Source: Candidatus Gastranaerophilales bacterium | Lineage (GTDB): Bacteria > Cyanobacteriota > Vampirovibrionia > Gastranaerophilales > Gastranaerophilaceae | DNA: 64,000 bases | Assembly (NCBI GenBank): GCA_944323625.1 | Contig: CALUTD010000002.1 | Coordinates: forward strand, 102,168-166,167 | Direction of reading: 5' to 3' | Shown here: piece by piece, positions 26,001 through 36,474 of the stretch | Layout: each line of letters begins with the position of its first letter | Position numbering within the stretch: the first letter of the stretch is position 1 | Position numbers and translations under genes: made by a program | The notes under the pieces: generated by a model | What the model saw: only the letters and a program-made list of their open reading frames with translations | Database searches by the model: none | What the model was told of the DNA's origin: nothing

Positions 26001-27130
26001 TATATCTTTCTGATTACCTCTATTGCTTCATTTAAATCTTTTACTACAGTAAATTTCAACCCTGATTCATTGAGAATTTCAGCGCCCTTCTCTTTGTTTG
26101 TTCCTTCCATTCTTACAATAACAGGACATTGAACATTCAAAGTTTTAATAGCGTTTTTAACACCTTCAGCTAAAAAGTCACATCTTAAAATTCCGCCGAA
26201 TATGTTTATAAATACTCCTTCCAAATTTTTGTCGGAAATTAACAGTTTAAATGCCTTTTCTATTTTTTCACTGCTTGCGCCGCCGCCTACATCTAAAAAG
26301 TTTGCGGCATCTTTTCCCGCTAAGCGTATTACATCCATTGTTGCCATTGCTAAACCTGCACCGTTTACCATACAGCCTATTGTTCCTTCCAGTTTTATAT
26401 AATTTAAACCGTCTTTTTGTGCTTCAAGCTCAAAGGGATTTTCTTCCGTTTCATCCTTTAATGCTAAAATATCTTCATGTCTAAATAGGGCATTGTCATC
26501 AAAATTCATTTTTGCATCAATTGCTATAACTTCATTGTTTTTTGTAATTACAAGAGGATTAATTTCTACCAGTGAAGCATCTTTTTCGAGTGCAAGTTTA
26601 TATAAAGCATTAACTATTTCCTTGATTTGTTTATTAATTTGTTCATTAAATCCTAGTCTTTTTATTGTTTCTATCGGATTAAAATTTTCATTTATCAATT
26701 CGGTATATATTTTATCGGGAGAATTCTTTGCGGCTTCTTCAATATCCATACCGCCTAACGGAGATATAATAAACGCAATACACTCATTTGCCCTGTCAAA
26801 AGTAAGACTTAAATACAATTCTTTATCAATATCAACAGCATCTTCTATCAATATTTTATTAACTTTTTTCATTCCTGCCTGTTTTGATTTAAGTTCCATT
26901 CCGAGTATATTATTTGCCGTTTCAACGGCACTAATGTAATCTTTTGCAAGTTTTACTCCGCCTGCTTTTCCTCTTGCACCTGAATGAACTTGCGCTTTAA
27001 TAACGCAAGGCATTTTCACTTTTTTTAAAATCGACTCTATTTCACTTCTATCCGTACAAAGCACTGATGAAGGAACTTTTATTCCGTATTGTTTAAATAA
27101 TTCTTTTGCTTGATATTCGTGTATTTTCAT
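26000..27130 (-). CDS. sucC: Succinyl-CoA synthetase beta subunit
   Basis: [20 protein letters not shown]... ATG 27130 overlaps the upstream stop as ATGA. The track ORF extends to 27187. Confidence 0.9.
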   Translation of the reverse strand: MKIHEYQAKELFKQYGIKVPSSVLCTDRSEIESILKKVKMPCVIKAQVHSGARGKAGGVKLAKDYISAVETANNILGMELKSKQAGMKKVNKILIEDAVDIDKELYLSLTFDRANECIAFIISPLGGMDIEEAAKNSPDKIYTELINENFNPIETIKRLGFNEQINKQIKEIVNALYKLALEKDASLVEINPLVITKNNEVIAIDAKMNFDDNALFRHEDILALKDETEENPFELEAQKDGLNYIKLEGTIGCMVNGAGLAMATMDVIRLAGKDAANFLDVGGGASSEKIEKAFKLLISDKNLEGVFINIFGGILRCDFLAEGVKNAIKTLNVQCPVIVRMEGTNKEKGAEILNESGLKFTVVKDLNEAIEVIRKI

Positions 27131-28497
27131 TGTTCCGCCGTTTTTTCTTCTCTTGTTAAAACCGTTAATACTGCCGCCATAGTCCAAAATATAAATTGAA
27201 CCTGAGGTCTAAAGTATATTGTATCAAAAAAACCGTGAACCATTACGGCAATTATTGAAATTATTGATACAAATAATAAAATTTTATAATTGAAATTTTT
27301 ACTGTTTATAAAACATTTTATTCCTGAACTTAACAGAGTACCTATAAACATTAAATATGCAATAAGTGCAAATATACCACTTTCAACAGCCATTTCAAGA
27401 AAAATACAATAACAGCTTAAAGCATCAAAGCCCGACATCATATATAGTCCGTATATTTCTCTGAAAACTTTATTGCCAACTCCTATACCAAACAACCAAT
27501 TATCCTGAAACATTTGAACTGCAGAGCTGTATACATTCATCCTGAAAGAGGCTGATGAATCACCTCTTAAAAGAAATATCGACATTAATCTTTGCAAAAT
27601 TTTATGATTCAATGCCATAAAAGCAAGAAATCCGAATATAAATACAGCTAAAAATCTTTTCCATATAAGTTTATATTTATCTGTATTTAAATCATTAAAA
27701 ACAATTTGAAAAGAAGCGGCTATTATACCTAAAAATATTGTAAACAACGAAATATAAACAGCTCTTGAGCCTGTCAAAAATATTGTAAATGAAGAAAGTA
27801 AAAAGAATAAAAACACTACGGCTGAAGTTTTATATTGTTTTTTTGTAAAAGCACTACAACTACACCATATAAGACAAGAAATACCTGCAATCATAAAACC
27901 TGCAAGTAGATTCGGGTTATACGGCTTAAGAGTTCCATATACTCTTGAAAGCACATCTTCAGGGTTTAAATAACTTACATCCTGCCATGTAGCTAAATTT
28001 TCAACTCTGATTATATTTTGGGAAATTCCTATAATACCCTCAAAGCCCACACATACAGCAATTACGGCAAATAAAAGAGATATATGGTGTTTATTATTTT
28101 TTAAAAACTGGCAAAGCGCAAAATAGAATCCAAAGTACATTAATGTTTTTGAAAAACCGTATATACTCTGCGGTATCATTGAAGATGTAAAGTTACTTAT
28201 AAAACATATAAGAAGATATATTAATAAATAAAAATTACATTTTTCAAGTTCAATTTTTTCACCTTTTGTTATTATAAATTTTAAAGAAACAAGAATCGGT
28301 ACAAAAAGCGCAACTGCTGCAATAGCATTTGTATTTTCAAATAATGATACAAAATATGTAAGAACAACAAAAAACAGTATTATATAATCAATGTTTGATA
28401 ATAAAAAGCTGTTCTTTCTTAATAACTCGGTTTTGCTTTGTATAAAAGCAAAAACCGAGTTTAAAAAGTCAAATATTGATGATTCCAAAATTTTCAT
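27127..28497 (-). CDS. O-antigen ligase/polymerase-like (Wzy_C-type) polytopic membrane protein
   Basis: 456 aa with more than 10 helices and a central FLTGSRAVYISLF loop typical of the family. Confidence 0.5.
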   Translation of the reverse strand: MKILESSIFDFLNSVFAFIQSKTELLRKNSFLLSNIDYIILFFVVLTYFVSLFENTNAIAAVALFVPILVSLKFIITKGEKIELEKCNFYLLIYLLICFISNFTSSMIPQSIYGFSKTLMYFGFYFALCQFLKNNKHHISLLFAVIAVCVGFEGIIGISQNIIRVENLATWQDVSYLNPEDVLSRVYGTLKPYNPNLLAGFMIAGISCLIWCSCSAFTKKQYKTSAVVFLFFLLSSFTIFLTGSRAVYISLFTIFLGIIAASFQIVFNDLNTDKYKLIWKRFLAVFIFGFLAFMALNHKILQRLMSIFLLRGDSSASFRMNVYSSAVQMFQDNWLFGIGVGNKVFREIYGLYMMSGFDALSCYCIFLEMAVESGIFALIAYLMFIGTLLSSGIKCFINSKNFNYKILLFVSIISIIAVMVHGFFDTIYFRPQVQFIFWTMAAVLTVLTREEKTAEQ

Positions 28498-29024
28498 TAT
28501 TCGGCAGTTTCTTCTTCAACCTTTTGTTCAACTTCTTCTACTTTAGAAATAGTACCGGAATATTTATATTTTTCACCTTCTATAACAACAGGAATACCCA
28601 TTTTTATTTTATTACCGCCGGCTACATATCCGTCGGGAGTCTTTTTTGCTTTATCTTCAAGTTTAACTATAAAGTCATACAAATTTGGAGTAGCTGCATC
28701 TTCCGCAATAATATAGCCCGGCTCTTTTGCAGAAGGAAGAAGTTTCATTCTCGGTCTGCCGTCAAGTGCAACTATTTTTAACTTTGTATAAGGTACATTT
28801 CTTATTGTAATAAAAGCATCATCTCCGACTGCAAACGGAACAACCGTATCAGAGATTGTAACCCCTCTGAAGAATACTTCAAACTGAATTGTTGCTTCTT
28901 TTTCAATAGGCAGTTTTGAAAAATTTTTCTTTTTTAATACGGCGAAAGAACCTATTCCGACTAAAATAATTATACCTAATATTATTAAATAATCGGTAAC
29001 TTTTAATTTTTTGAAAATATTCAT
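28497..29024 (-). CDS. Membrane-anchored hypothetical protein (DUF4330-like)
   Basis: An N-terminal transmembrane helix followed by a beta-rich domain. The family assignment is from memory only. Confidence 0.45.
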   Translation of the reverse strand: MNIFKKLKVTDYLIILGIIILVGIGSFAVLKKKNFSKLPIEKEATIQFEVFFRGVTISDTVVPFAVGDDAFITIRNVPYTKLKIVALDGRPRMKLLPSAKEPGYIIAEDAATPNLYDFIVKLEDKAKKTPDGYVAGGNKIKMGIPVVIEGEKYKYSGTISKVEEVEQKVEEETAE

Positions 29025-29033
29025 GACATCTCC

Positions 29034-30068
29034 TTATTTTCTTATTGTATACGTATCATTATCCATTTTTGTCAAAGTATCTTTAAGAATATCAACGGTT
29101 GTAGTTGCGCAGCCAAAGTATCTTATTACTATACTTGCGGCAAGATTACCTATAAATGCGGCATTTTTTTTGCTTAACCCTGCTGCCATAGCAAGAGTAT
29201 AAGCTGCAACAACGGTATCACCGGCACCTGTTACATCAAATACATCAGTTTTATTGAATACCGGAACTTTATTATAACTTCCGTCTTTTTCAAAAAGTGC
29301 CATTCCATCACCGCCTAAGGTAATCAAAACGGAATCTGCATTTGTTTTATCAAGAAGAATATTACCTGCTTTTTTGAGTGATTCTTCATCTTTTATAAGT
29401 ATTCCTGCAGCTTTTTCACTGTCAGGCTGATTTGGAGTCATGGATGTAACTCCCTTGAACCTTTCCAAGTCTTTTTGTGCATCAACAACTATAATTTTAT
29501 TGTATTTTTTGCATAGTTCAATTGCTTTACTTATAATGTTATCGGTTAATAAGCCTATATTGTAGTCGGATAAAATAACTGCATCGTGCAGAGGAATTGC
29601 TTTTTCCATTCTTGAAATAACTTTATCTTCGGTTTCTTTTGAAACAGGGTCAATTGTTTCTCTATCAATTCTAACAATTTGCTGAGTTACAGACTGAGAA
29701 CAAGAACCTGAAATTCTTGTTTTGACCGTTGTAGCACGGGTTTCATCCTGAACCATATATTCTGTATTAACATTCGCTTCTTTAAATGCATTTAAAAGGA
29801 TAGGAGCATAATAATCATCACCATGAACACCGATTACACTAACCTTTCCACCGTTAAGTGAGGCAATATTGTGTGCGGCATTTGAAGCACCGCCAAGTAT
29901 GATTTTAGTTTTATAATGCCTTAAAATAAGAACAGGCGCTTCTCTGGACATTCTGTCAGTTGTTCCGTAAACCATTTCATCAATTGCCATATCACCTATA
30001 ACAAGAACAGACGGATTCAAAAGTTTATCAATACTGTTTAAAATTTCTTTTTTTTCGGCATTCAACAT
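29034..30068 (-). CDS. PfkB-family sugar kinase, RfaE-domain-I-like (heptose 7-phosphate kinase type)
   Basis: DVTGAGDTVVAAYTLAMAAG PfkB signature and GGASNAAHN. The 344-aa size fits. Confidence 0.7.
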   Translation of the reverse strand: MLNAEKKEILNSIDKLLNPSVLVIGDMAIDEMVYGTTDRMSREAPVLILRHYKTKIILGGASNAAHNIASLNGGKVSVIGVHGDDYYAPILLNAFKEANVNTEYMVQDETRATTVKTRISGSCSQSVTQQIVRIDRETIDPVSKETEDKVISRMEKAIPLHDAVILSDYNIGLLTDNIISKAIELCKKYNKIIVVDAQKDLERFKGVTSMTPNQPDSEKAAGILIKDEESLKKAGNILLDKTNADSVLITLGGDGMALFEKDGSYNKVPVFNKTDVFDVTGAGDTVVAAYTLAMAAGLSKKNAAFIGNLAASIVIRYFGCATTTVDILKDTLTKMDNDTYTIRK

Positions 30069-30121
30069 ATTTACCCTCTGTAATTTTTTATTTTATTACT
30101 CTATAATATTATCATAAAATT

Positions 30122-30754
30122 ATGGATATATTAAAAAATAAAGATTTAAAAATTTCATTTGTAGGCATGTCCTTAAGTAACCTCAGTACTGTTGAATCTG
30201 CGGTTGCTGTTCTTGATACAAATTTAAAAATAGTTCTTTTGGAAAAACTGTTTTCGATGAACGATGTTAAATACTTTTTGGATAATCTTTCAGGTAAAAA
30301 AAATTCGGTAATTATGGTTTCTATTCCGGAAAACGAAGTTATGCTTAACAGTAAGTGGAAATATAATTCAAGAACATACGACACTGTTAACTTGGAAGAA
30401 AAGATTCACAATTATGACGGCTGGGCAGATAGATTTTCCACCCGCGGCTGCGAATATTTTAAAGAGTTGAGTGACCAAAATATTGATATTTTCAGGTTTG
30501 ATATAGATAATATGAAAAAGATGTTCGGCAGTTGTTTTGCATATAGAGATAGAAGTCCCATTGATTGTAAATCGCTTCAGGATACATTAAGAATCAAATA
30601 TAACATGAGCGAGCTTCCTGTAAATATGCTGCCTGTTGCTCAATTAGAGGCTATTTTAGGTTCAGTTCTCGCCCGTATGACAGCTATGGGTAGCGAAAAT
30701 TTTACCCCTAAAATTATTGGAACTTATTCAAAACTTCCGGTTATAGGAATTTGA
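30122..30754 (+). CDS. Hypothetical 210-aa protein
   Basis: ORF only; no motif recognised with confidence. Confidence 0.45.
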   Translation: MDILKNKDLKISFVGMSLSNLSTVESAVAVLDTNLKIVLLEKLFSMNDVKYFLDNLSGKKNSVIMVSIPENEVMLNSKWKYNSRTYDTVNLEEKIHNYDGWADRFSTRGCEYFKELSDQNIDIFRFDIDNMKKMFGSCFAYRDRSPIDCKSLQDTLRIKYNMSELPVNMLPVAQLEAILGSVLARMTAMGSENFTPKIIGTYSKLPVIGI

Positions 30755-30865
30755 AACATACAATCCAATATTACAGACTATTCCCATCAGATGTTTTAAA
30801 ATTTTGTTTGGACATTTTTTTATGCTATGATTTTTTTAGTAGCACATATATTCTAAGGAGTTAAG

Positions 30866-31828
30866 ATGTCAATCATGAATAAAAAATACAAAATAGGGGT
30901 AGATGTCGGAGGAACAAACGTAAAAGTTGCGCTTGTTGATAAATCAGGCAGTATAGTTTATTCCGATACCGTTCCTACGAGAGCCGAAATGGGTTATGAA
31001 TACACTATTTCAAATATAATCAAAGCTATTCAAAGCCTTATGAAAGAATCAAAAGTTGATAAAAGCAATATAGAAGGAATCGGTTTTGGTTTCCCGGGTC
31101 AGATTGACTGTGATAACGGTATAGTAAGATTAGCTCCTAATATTCCCGGTTGGGTTAATATTCCTATAGCAGATATTGTGTCAAAAGAATTTGATATACC
31201 CGTAAGAGTTGATAATGATGTAAGATGTGCAGCACTTGCAGAATTAAATTACGGTGCAGGCAAAGGTTCTAAAAATATGATATGTATAACAGTCGGAACC
31301 GGTATAGGTTCAGGATTAATTGTCAACGGAAAACTTGTCAGAGGCGCAAGCAATGCAGCCGGAGAATTAGGACATATAAAACTCCAAATGGAAAACGGAC
31401 CAATATGCGGCTGCGGTGACAGAGGTTGTTTGGAAGCTTTTGCTTCAGGGCCTTCTATTGTCGCTATGGCGGAAGAATATATTAAAGGCGGTAAATCGAC
31501 AAAATACAGAGTCCTTGCGAACCCTGATATTACTCCATATATTGTTGCCGAAGCTGCAAAACAAGGCGATGTTGTCGCAAAACAAATATACGAAACAATA
31601 GGTAATTATATAGGTATAGGGCTTGCAAGTGTGGTTAATCTCTTAAATCCCGAAAAAATTGTTATAGGCGGCGGAGTCGCCGATGCCGGTGATTTACTGT
31701 TTAATCCCATTAAAGAAACACTGAAAAAACGTGCAATGCCTATTCAGGGCAATGCCGTTGAAGTCGTTCATGCAGAACTCGGCAACACGGCAGGCGTTAT
31801 AGGGGCAAGTTTACTTATTGAAAACTAA
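30866..31828 (+). CDS. glk: ROK-family glucokinase
   Basis: DVGGTNVKVALVD and the CGCGDRGCLEAFASG zinc motif. Confidence 0.8.
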   Translation: MSIMNKKYKIGVDVGGTNVKVALVDKSGSIVYSDTVPTRAEMGYEYTISNIIKAIQSLMKESKVDKSNIEGIGFGFPGQIDCDNGIVRLAPNIPGWVNIPIADIVSKEFDIPVRVDNDVRCAALAELNYGAGKGSKNMICITVGTGIGSGLIVNGKLVRGASNAAGELGHIKLQMENGPICGCGDRGCLEAFASGPSIVAMAEEYIKGGKSTKYRVLANPDITPYIVAEAAKQGDVVAKQIYETIGNYIGIGLASVVNLLNPEKIVIGGGVADAGDLLFNPIKETLKKRAMPIQGNAVEVVHAELGNTAGVIGASLLIEN

Positions 31829-31831
31829 AAT

Positions 31832-32803
31832 ATGGCAGTATTTTTATTTTACGGACAAGAAGAATATTTAATGGAAAAAGAGATTAAGAAGCTTAAAGAT
31901 GAGCTTCTTAATGCTTCTTTTGCTTCTATGGCTTATAAAGTTTTTGACAATCCTTTATATAATACTCTTATTGAATGTGTTCAAAGTTCACCTTTGATGT
32001 TCGGAAATACTTTAAATCTCATTCATATTGATAAATATTTAATAGGAAATAAAATGAGCCTGGATGATAAACAAATGGAAGTATTTTCACAGGCTTTGGA
32101 GTCATTAAATCCCAGTGTTAATATTATATTCGTTTGTAAAATTCCGCGTGATGAAACGAAAAAACCTGATTCAAGAAAAAAAATTTACAAAATCATTTCA
32201 AAATATTCTCAAGTTCATGAATTTGCACAATTTAAAACTTATCAAAAGGAATTAAATACTCAAATTTCAAAAATGGCAAAAGAAAAAGATTTGGTAATTA
32301 GCTCCGATAATATATCGTTACTTATTGAACAATTGGGCTCTAATCTTACATTAATTGATTCCGAGCTCGAAAAACTTAAAACTGCTTTGCACCCCGACAA
32401 AACCATTACAACAGAAGCAATTAAACAATATTGTACTTCAACTGAAGATGTTTTTACGCTTGCCGATTTATTAATTCAAGGGAATAAAAATGAAATTTTA
32501 AAACAGTATAATCTTTTGACTGAAAAAAGACATCCCCTGGAAATTTTTTCAGTACTTCAAGGCAGTTTTCAACGTTTTATATTTATAAAAAATTACGAAA
32601 AACGAATGAGTGATAAAGATATATCATTAAAATTAAGGCTTCATGAATTTATTGTTATGAAAACAAGAGAAAAATTAAAAAATACTCCGCTTAACAAATT
32701 GGTAAAAATAAGAGAAAACTTAACCGATGCAGAATATAAACTAAAAACAGGGCAAGGAGCTTCAAGTGATATAATATTAGAACTCATTTTATTAAGTCAG
32801 TAA
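31832..32803 (+). CDS. holA: DNA polymerase III delta subunit
   Basis: 323 aa with an FLFYGQEEYLMEKEI start. It is adjacent to holB. Confidence 0.7.
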   Translation: MAVFLFYGQEEYLMEKEIKKLKDELLNASFASMAYKVFDNPLYNTLIECVQSSPLMFGNTLNLIHIDKYLIGNKMSLDDKQMEVFSQALESLNPSVNIIFVCKIPRDETKKPDSRKKIYKIISKYSQVHEFAQFKTYQKELNTQISKMAKEKDLVISSDNISLLIEQLGSNLTLIDSELEKLKTALHPDKTITTEAIKQYCTSTEDVFTLADLLIQGNKNEILKQYNLLTEKRHPLEIFSVLQGSFQRFIFIKNYEKRMSDKDISLKLRLHEFIVMKTREKLKNTPLNKLVKIRENLTDAEYKLKTGQGASSDIILELILLSQ

Positions 32804-32819
32804 GGCGGAAAATTAAAGT

Positions 32820-33767
32820 ATGAATCAATTATTAGATAAAAAATATACATATTTAAGTAATTTTTTTAAAACTGCAATTGAACAAAATAAATTGTTTCAT
32901 TCACTTATTTTTTACGGCAGCAATAATTTTATGCAATATGCAATGGCCATGGAACTTTCAAGATTATTAAATTGTACGGGTGATAAAACAGAAACCTGCT
33001 CTTGCCAAAATTGCCGTTGGATAAGAGAAAATAAACATCCTGCGGTTATGACAATATCAAAAATTGATAATAAAACAGATTCAAGTAAAACTGTTATATC
33101 TGAAGAACAGGTAAATCAAGTACTTGATACATTAATAAATTCATCCGATTACCACCGTGTATTTATATTTTGCGATGCCCAATTAAAAAAATTATCAGAT
33201 GAAGAATTGACGGAATATGAAGAGTATAAAACAACAGGATTTAACATTCCGCAAGAACCTGACGGTGATAAATTATGGTATCCGTCGGGAGTAAATACAA
33301 ATTGTTTTTCTACAGTTGCTGCAAACTCAATGCTTAAATCAATTGAAGAACCACCGTCAAACGTTACTTTTATTTTTCTTTCAAATAATAAAGATGACTT
33401 GCTCCAAACAATTATATCCCGTTCTGAATCTTTTTATATTGCAGATGTAAAAAATACAAAATATCAAACTGAATTTTTTGAAAAATTCTTTAGTTCCTAT
33501 CCCTTATTTGAAAAACAACATGTACTGGATTTTTCACAGTGTCTGCTAAACTTTCAAACCGAAAATAATATGAACCCAAAATATATCATAGATTGTATTC
33601 AATATTATCTGATTCAACTTCTAAAATCAAATTCAAATAACAAATTATTATTAAACAGAATTCTTAAAGATATTCAAAAAACGGAAAAATCAAAAAAAAT
33701 GATTGATTCATATATAAAAGAACAAACAGTATATGAGGATTTAGCATTTTATTTCTTTGGCAGATAA
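32820..33767 (+). CDS. holB: DNA polymerase III delta-prime subunit
   Basis: Degenerate P-loop region, a CSCQNCRWIRENKHPAV zinc module and an SRSESFYI sensor region. Confidence 0.7.
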   Translation: MNQLLDKKYTYLSNFFKTAIEQNKLFHSLIFYGSNNFMQYAMAMELSRLLNCTGDKTETCSCQNCRWIRENKHPAVMTISKIDNKTDSSKTVISEEQVNQVLDTLINSSDYHRVFIFCDAQLKKLSDEELTEYEEYKTTGFNIPQEPDGDKLWYPSGVNTNCFSTVAANSMLKSIEEPPSNVTFIFLSNNKDDLLQTIISRSESFYIADVKNTKYQTEFFEKFFSSYPLFEKQHVLDFSQCLLNFQTENNMNPKYIIDCIQYYLIQLLKSNSNNKLLLNRILKDIQKTEKSKKMIDSYIKEQTVYEDLAFYFFGR

Positions 33768-33915
33768 AGATAAGATAAATCAATTTAATTCAGTGTTGCC
33801 CACATTGCTTGGTTGCTCGCGTGAAACTCATAAAAATAATCTGCGAAAAACTCGGATACGGTATAGAATTTTATAAAATTGATTAAAAAATTTTTGTTTG
33901 AATTATACTAAGATT

Positions 33916-35061
33916 ATGAGTTTTTATAGCGAAGAATTAAATAAATTAGTTGAAAAAGATAATTTCAGGCAAATCAGAGATATTGATGAAAAATATGCCA
34001 AATACATATTCACAGGTGGAAAACGCCTGATTAATTTTTCATCGAACGATTATTTAAATTTGAGTACGGATAGAGAACTTATCGGGGAATTTGTCGAAAA
34101 ATATAAAAATGATAATGAATTTATATTTTCTTCCGCATCTTCAAGACTTTTAACAGGTACTTCAAAAATATACAAAAAGCTCGAAAATCATATTGCTTCA
34201 TTATTTCAAAAAGAATCATGCCTGCTTTTTAATACCGGTTATCAGTGCAATTTGGGTGTTGTTTCATCTCTTGTAAACAGAGATGATGTAATATTTTCCG
34301 ATAAATTGAACCATGCCAGTATAATTGACGGAATGAAGCTTTCGGGAACTAAATTTTTCCGATACAGACATTTGGATTACGAAAATCTTGAAGAACTTTT
34401 AAAAAAGAACAGAAACAGCTACAAAAAAGCATTTATAATATCTGAATCGGTATTTTCGATGGATGGTGATATTGCGGATATAAGAAAACTAATAGAATTA
34501 AAGCAAAAATACAACGCATATTTAATGATTGATGAAGCGCATGCTTTCGGAGTTTTTGGCGAAAATCTTGCCGGTGTATCAGATGAAAACGGTATAAGAG
34601 AAAATGTTGATATAATTACTGCTACTTTAGGTAAATCATTCGGGGCTATGGGGGCATTTTGCGTTTCAAATAAAGTGATTATTTATTATTTAATAAATAA
34701 GGCGGATTCATTTATTTTTTCAACTGCTTTGCCTTCCGTGAATATAATGTGGTCTGATTTTTTGATATCCGAAAAGTTTGATTTTGTCAGAGAAAAATCA
34801 CTCAAACTGAGAAATTTAATAAACGAGGCTCATTTATATATAAAAGATGGCGGATTAACTCAAATTATACCTGTTATTATCGGAGAGAATAATAAAACGG
34901 TAAAAATAGCTCAGGAACTTCAAAGTAAGGGATTCTATATTCTTCCGGTCAGACCGCCTACGGTGCCTGTCAATACTTCAAGGCTCAGACTCTCATTAAC
35001 ATCAGATATAACTAAAGAAGAATTTAAAACTGTTATAGACATTGTAAACGGGGCTTTATAA
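33916..35061 (+). CDS. bioF: 8-amino-7-oxononanoate synthase
   Basis: DEAHAFGVFG and TLGKSFGAMGAF (PLP lysine). I chose ATG 33916; the track uses TTG 33898. Confidence 0.85.
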   Translation: MSFYSEELNKLVEKDNFRQIRDIDEKYAKYIFTGGKRLINFSSNDYLNLSTDRELIGEFVEKYKNDNEFIFSSASSRLLTGTSKIYKKLENHIASLFQKESCLLFNTGYQCNLGVVSSLVNRDDVIFSDKLNHASIIDGMKLSGTKFFRYRHLDYENLEELLKKNRNSYKKAFIISESVFSMDGDIADIRKLIELKQKYNAYLMIDEAHAFGVFGENLAGVSDENGIRENVDIITATLGKSFGAMGAFCVSNKVIIYYLINKADSFIFSTALPSVNIMWSDFLISEKFDFVREKSLKLRNLINEAHLYIKDGGLTQIIPVIIGENNKTVKIAQELQSKGFYILPVRPPTVPVNTSRLRLSLTSDITKEEFKTVIDIVNGAL

Positions 35062-35687
35062 TGGAATATAAATGGATTAATAAACAAAATAATAAAAATC
35101 TTATAGTGTTTTTTAACGGCTGGGGTATGAATGAAAGAATTGTTTCTTCTTTAGGGTTTCAAAATTTTGATGTACTTGTTTTTTATGACTACAGAAATTT
35201 TGAATTAGGAGAATTTAATTTTTCTCAATATGAAAACAAAAATTTAGCGGCCTGGTCATTAGGGGTTTATGTATGTAATAATTTTTATTCTCAATTTAGT
35301 GATTTTGGTAACTTTGTAGCTATTAACGGAACTCAAAAGCCTGTTGATGATAATTTCGGAATCCCTGAAAAAATTTACAATTTGACTGTTGATAATTTTA
35401 ATGAACTTTCATGCAGAAAGTTTATGAAAAAAATATCTTCCGATATAAATATTCAGGACTATTGTTCTCGTAATTGTAATGAATTAAAAGAAGAATTAAT
35501 TTCCATAAGAGATTTAAAACCAAATAAATTTTTTAAGTTTAATAAAGCTTATGTTTCATTGAATGATAAAATTATTCCGGCAAAAAATCAAATAAATTTT
35601 TGGGAAAAAGAAGGTGTTGAAGTTATAAAGCTTGATAAAATGCATTATATTTTTGATTCTTTTAAAAACTGGAGTGATTTATTATGA
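35061..35687 (+). CDS. bioG: Pimeloyl-ACP methyl ester esterase BioG (DUF452)
   Basis: LIVFFNGWGMNE and AWSLGV motifs. The gene sits between bioF and bioC. Confidence 0.65.
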   Translation: MEYKWINKQNNKNLIVFFNGWGMNERIVSSLGFQNFDVLVFYDYRNFELGEFNFSQYENKNLAAWSLGVYVCNNFYSQFSDFGNFVAINGTQKPVDDNFGIPEKIYNLTVDNFNELSCRKFMKKISSDINIQDYCSRNCNELKEELISIRDLKPNKFFKFNKAYVSLNDKIIPAKNQINFWEKEGVEVIKLDKMHYIFDSFKNWSDLL

Positions 35688-36421
35688 TTGATAAATCTCT
35701 TGTAAAAAGAAGATTCAAAAAGAGTTTTACTACATACGATAATAACGCCGTTGTTCAAAAATGTACTGCAAAAGAGTTAATTAAACTTCTGCCGTCTAGA
35801 GAATTTGATTATATATTTGAAACAGGATGTGCAACGGGTATTTTAACCAAAGAAATTAAACAAAATTTAACTTTTAAAAAATTCTGCGCAAATGATATTG
35901 TTGAAGAAGCAAAACAGTATATTGACTTAATAATTCCCGACAATACTTTTATATTCGGTGATATAGAAGAAATTGAACTGAAAGATAAATACGACTTAAT
36001 AATTTCTAATGCCAGCCTTCAATGGTGCAATGACATTAAATCAGTAATCAAAAAACTGTATTCTTCACTTAATGATAGAGGAATACTGTTATTTTCTGTT
36101 TTTTCAGACAATAATTTAAAAGAAATAAAAGATATTTTTAATATTAAAAATAAAAATTATTCCATAAATGATTTAAAAGACTTTATAGCGCAATACAGGG
36201 TTGAATATTATAATGAAGAAGAAAAAGAGCTATATTTTGATACTCCCCTGGATGTTTTAAAACATTTAAAATTGACGGGTGTAAATGCCGTAGAGGAGAT
36301 GAAATTTACAAAAAAGAAACTCTTAAATTTTGAAACACAATATTTAAAAAAGTACTCAAAAAATAATAAAGTTACACTTACATATAATCCTGTAAATATT
36401 TTGATAACAAAAAGTTCATAA
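35684..36421 (+). CDS. bioC: Malonyl-ACP O-methyltransferase
   Basis: SAM-methyltransferase motif I ETGCATGILT, in a bio-cluster context. Confidence 0.75.
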   Translation: MIDKSLVKRRFKKSFTTYDNNAVVQKCTAKELIKLLPSREFDYIFETGCATGILTKEIKQNLTFKKFCANDIVEEAKQYIDLIIPDNTFIFGDIEEIELKDKYDLIISNASLQWCNDIKSVIKKLYSSLNDRGILLFSVFSDNNLKEIKDIFNIKNKNYSINDLKDFIAQYRVEYYNEEEKELYFDTPLDVLKHLKLTGVNAVEEMKFTKKKLLNFETQYLKKYSKNNKVTLTYNPVNILITKSS

Positions 36422-36474
36422 AGTGATATTGTTATTTGTTTTATGTTACAATATGCCGGGGATGTCGAGATAAA

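Noticed and set aside
33768-33915. BirA operator or a regulatory RNA upstream of bioF
   Set aside because: Only an 8-bp AT-only inverted repeat (atcaattt/aaattgat) about 90 nt apart, and a short GC-richer patch, are present. This is too weak in AT-rich DNA to support a call.
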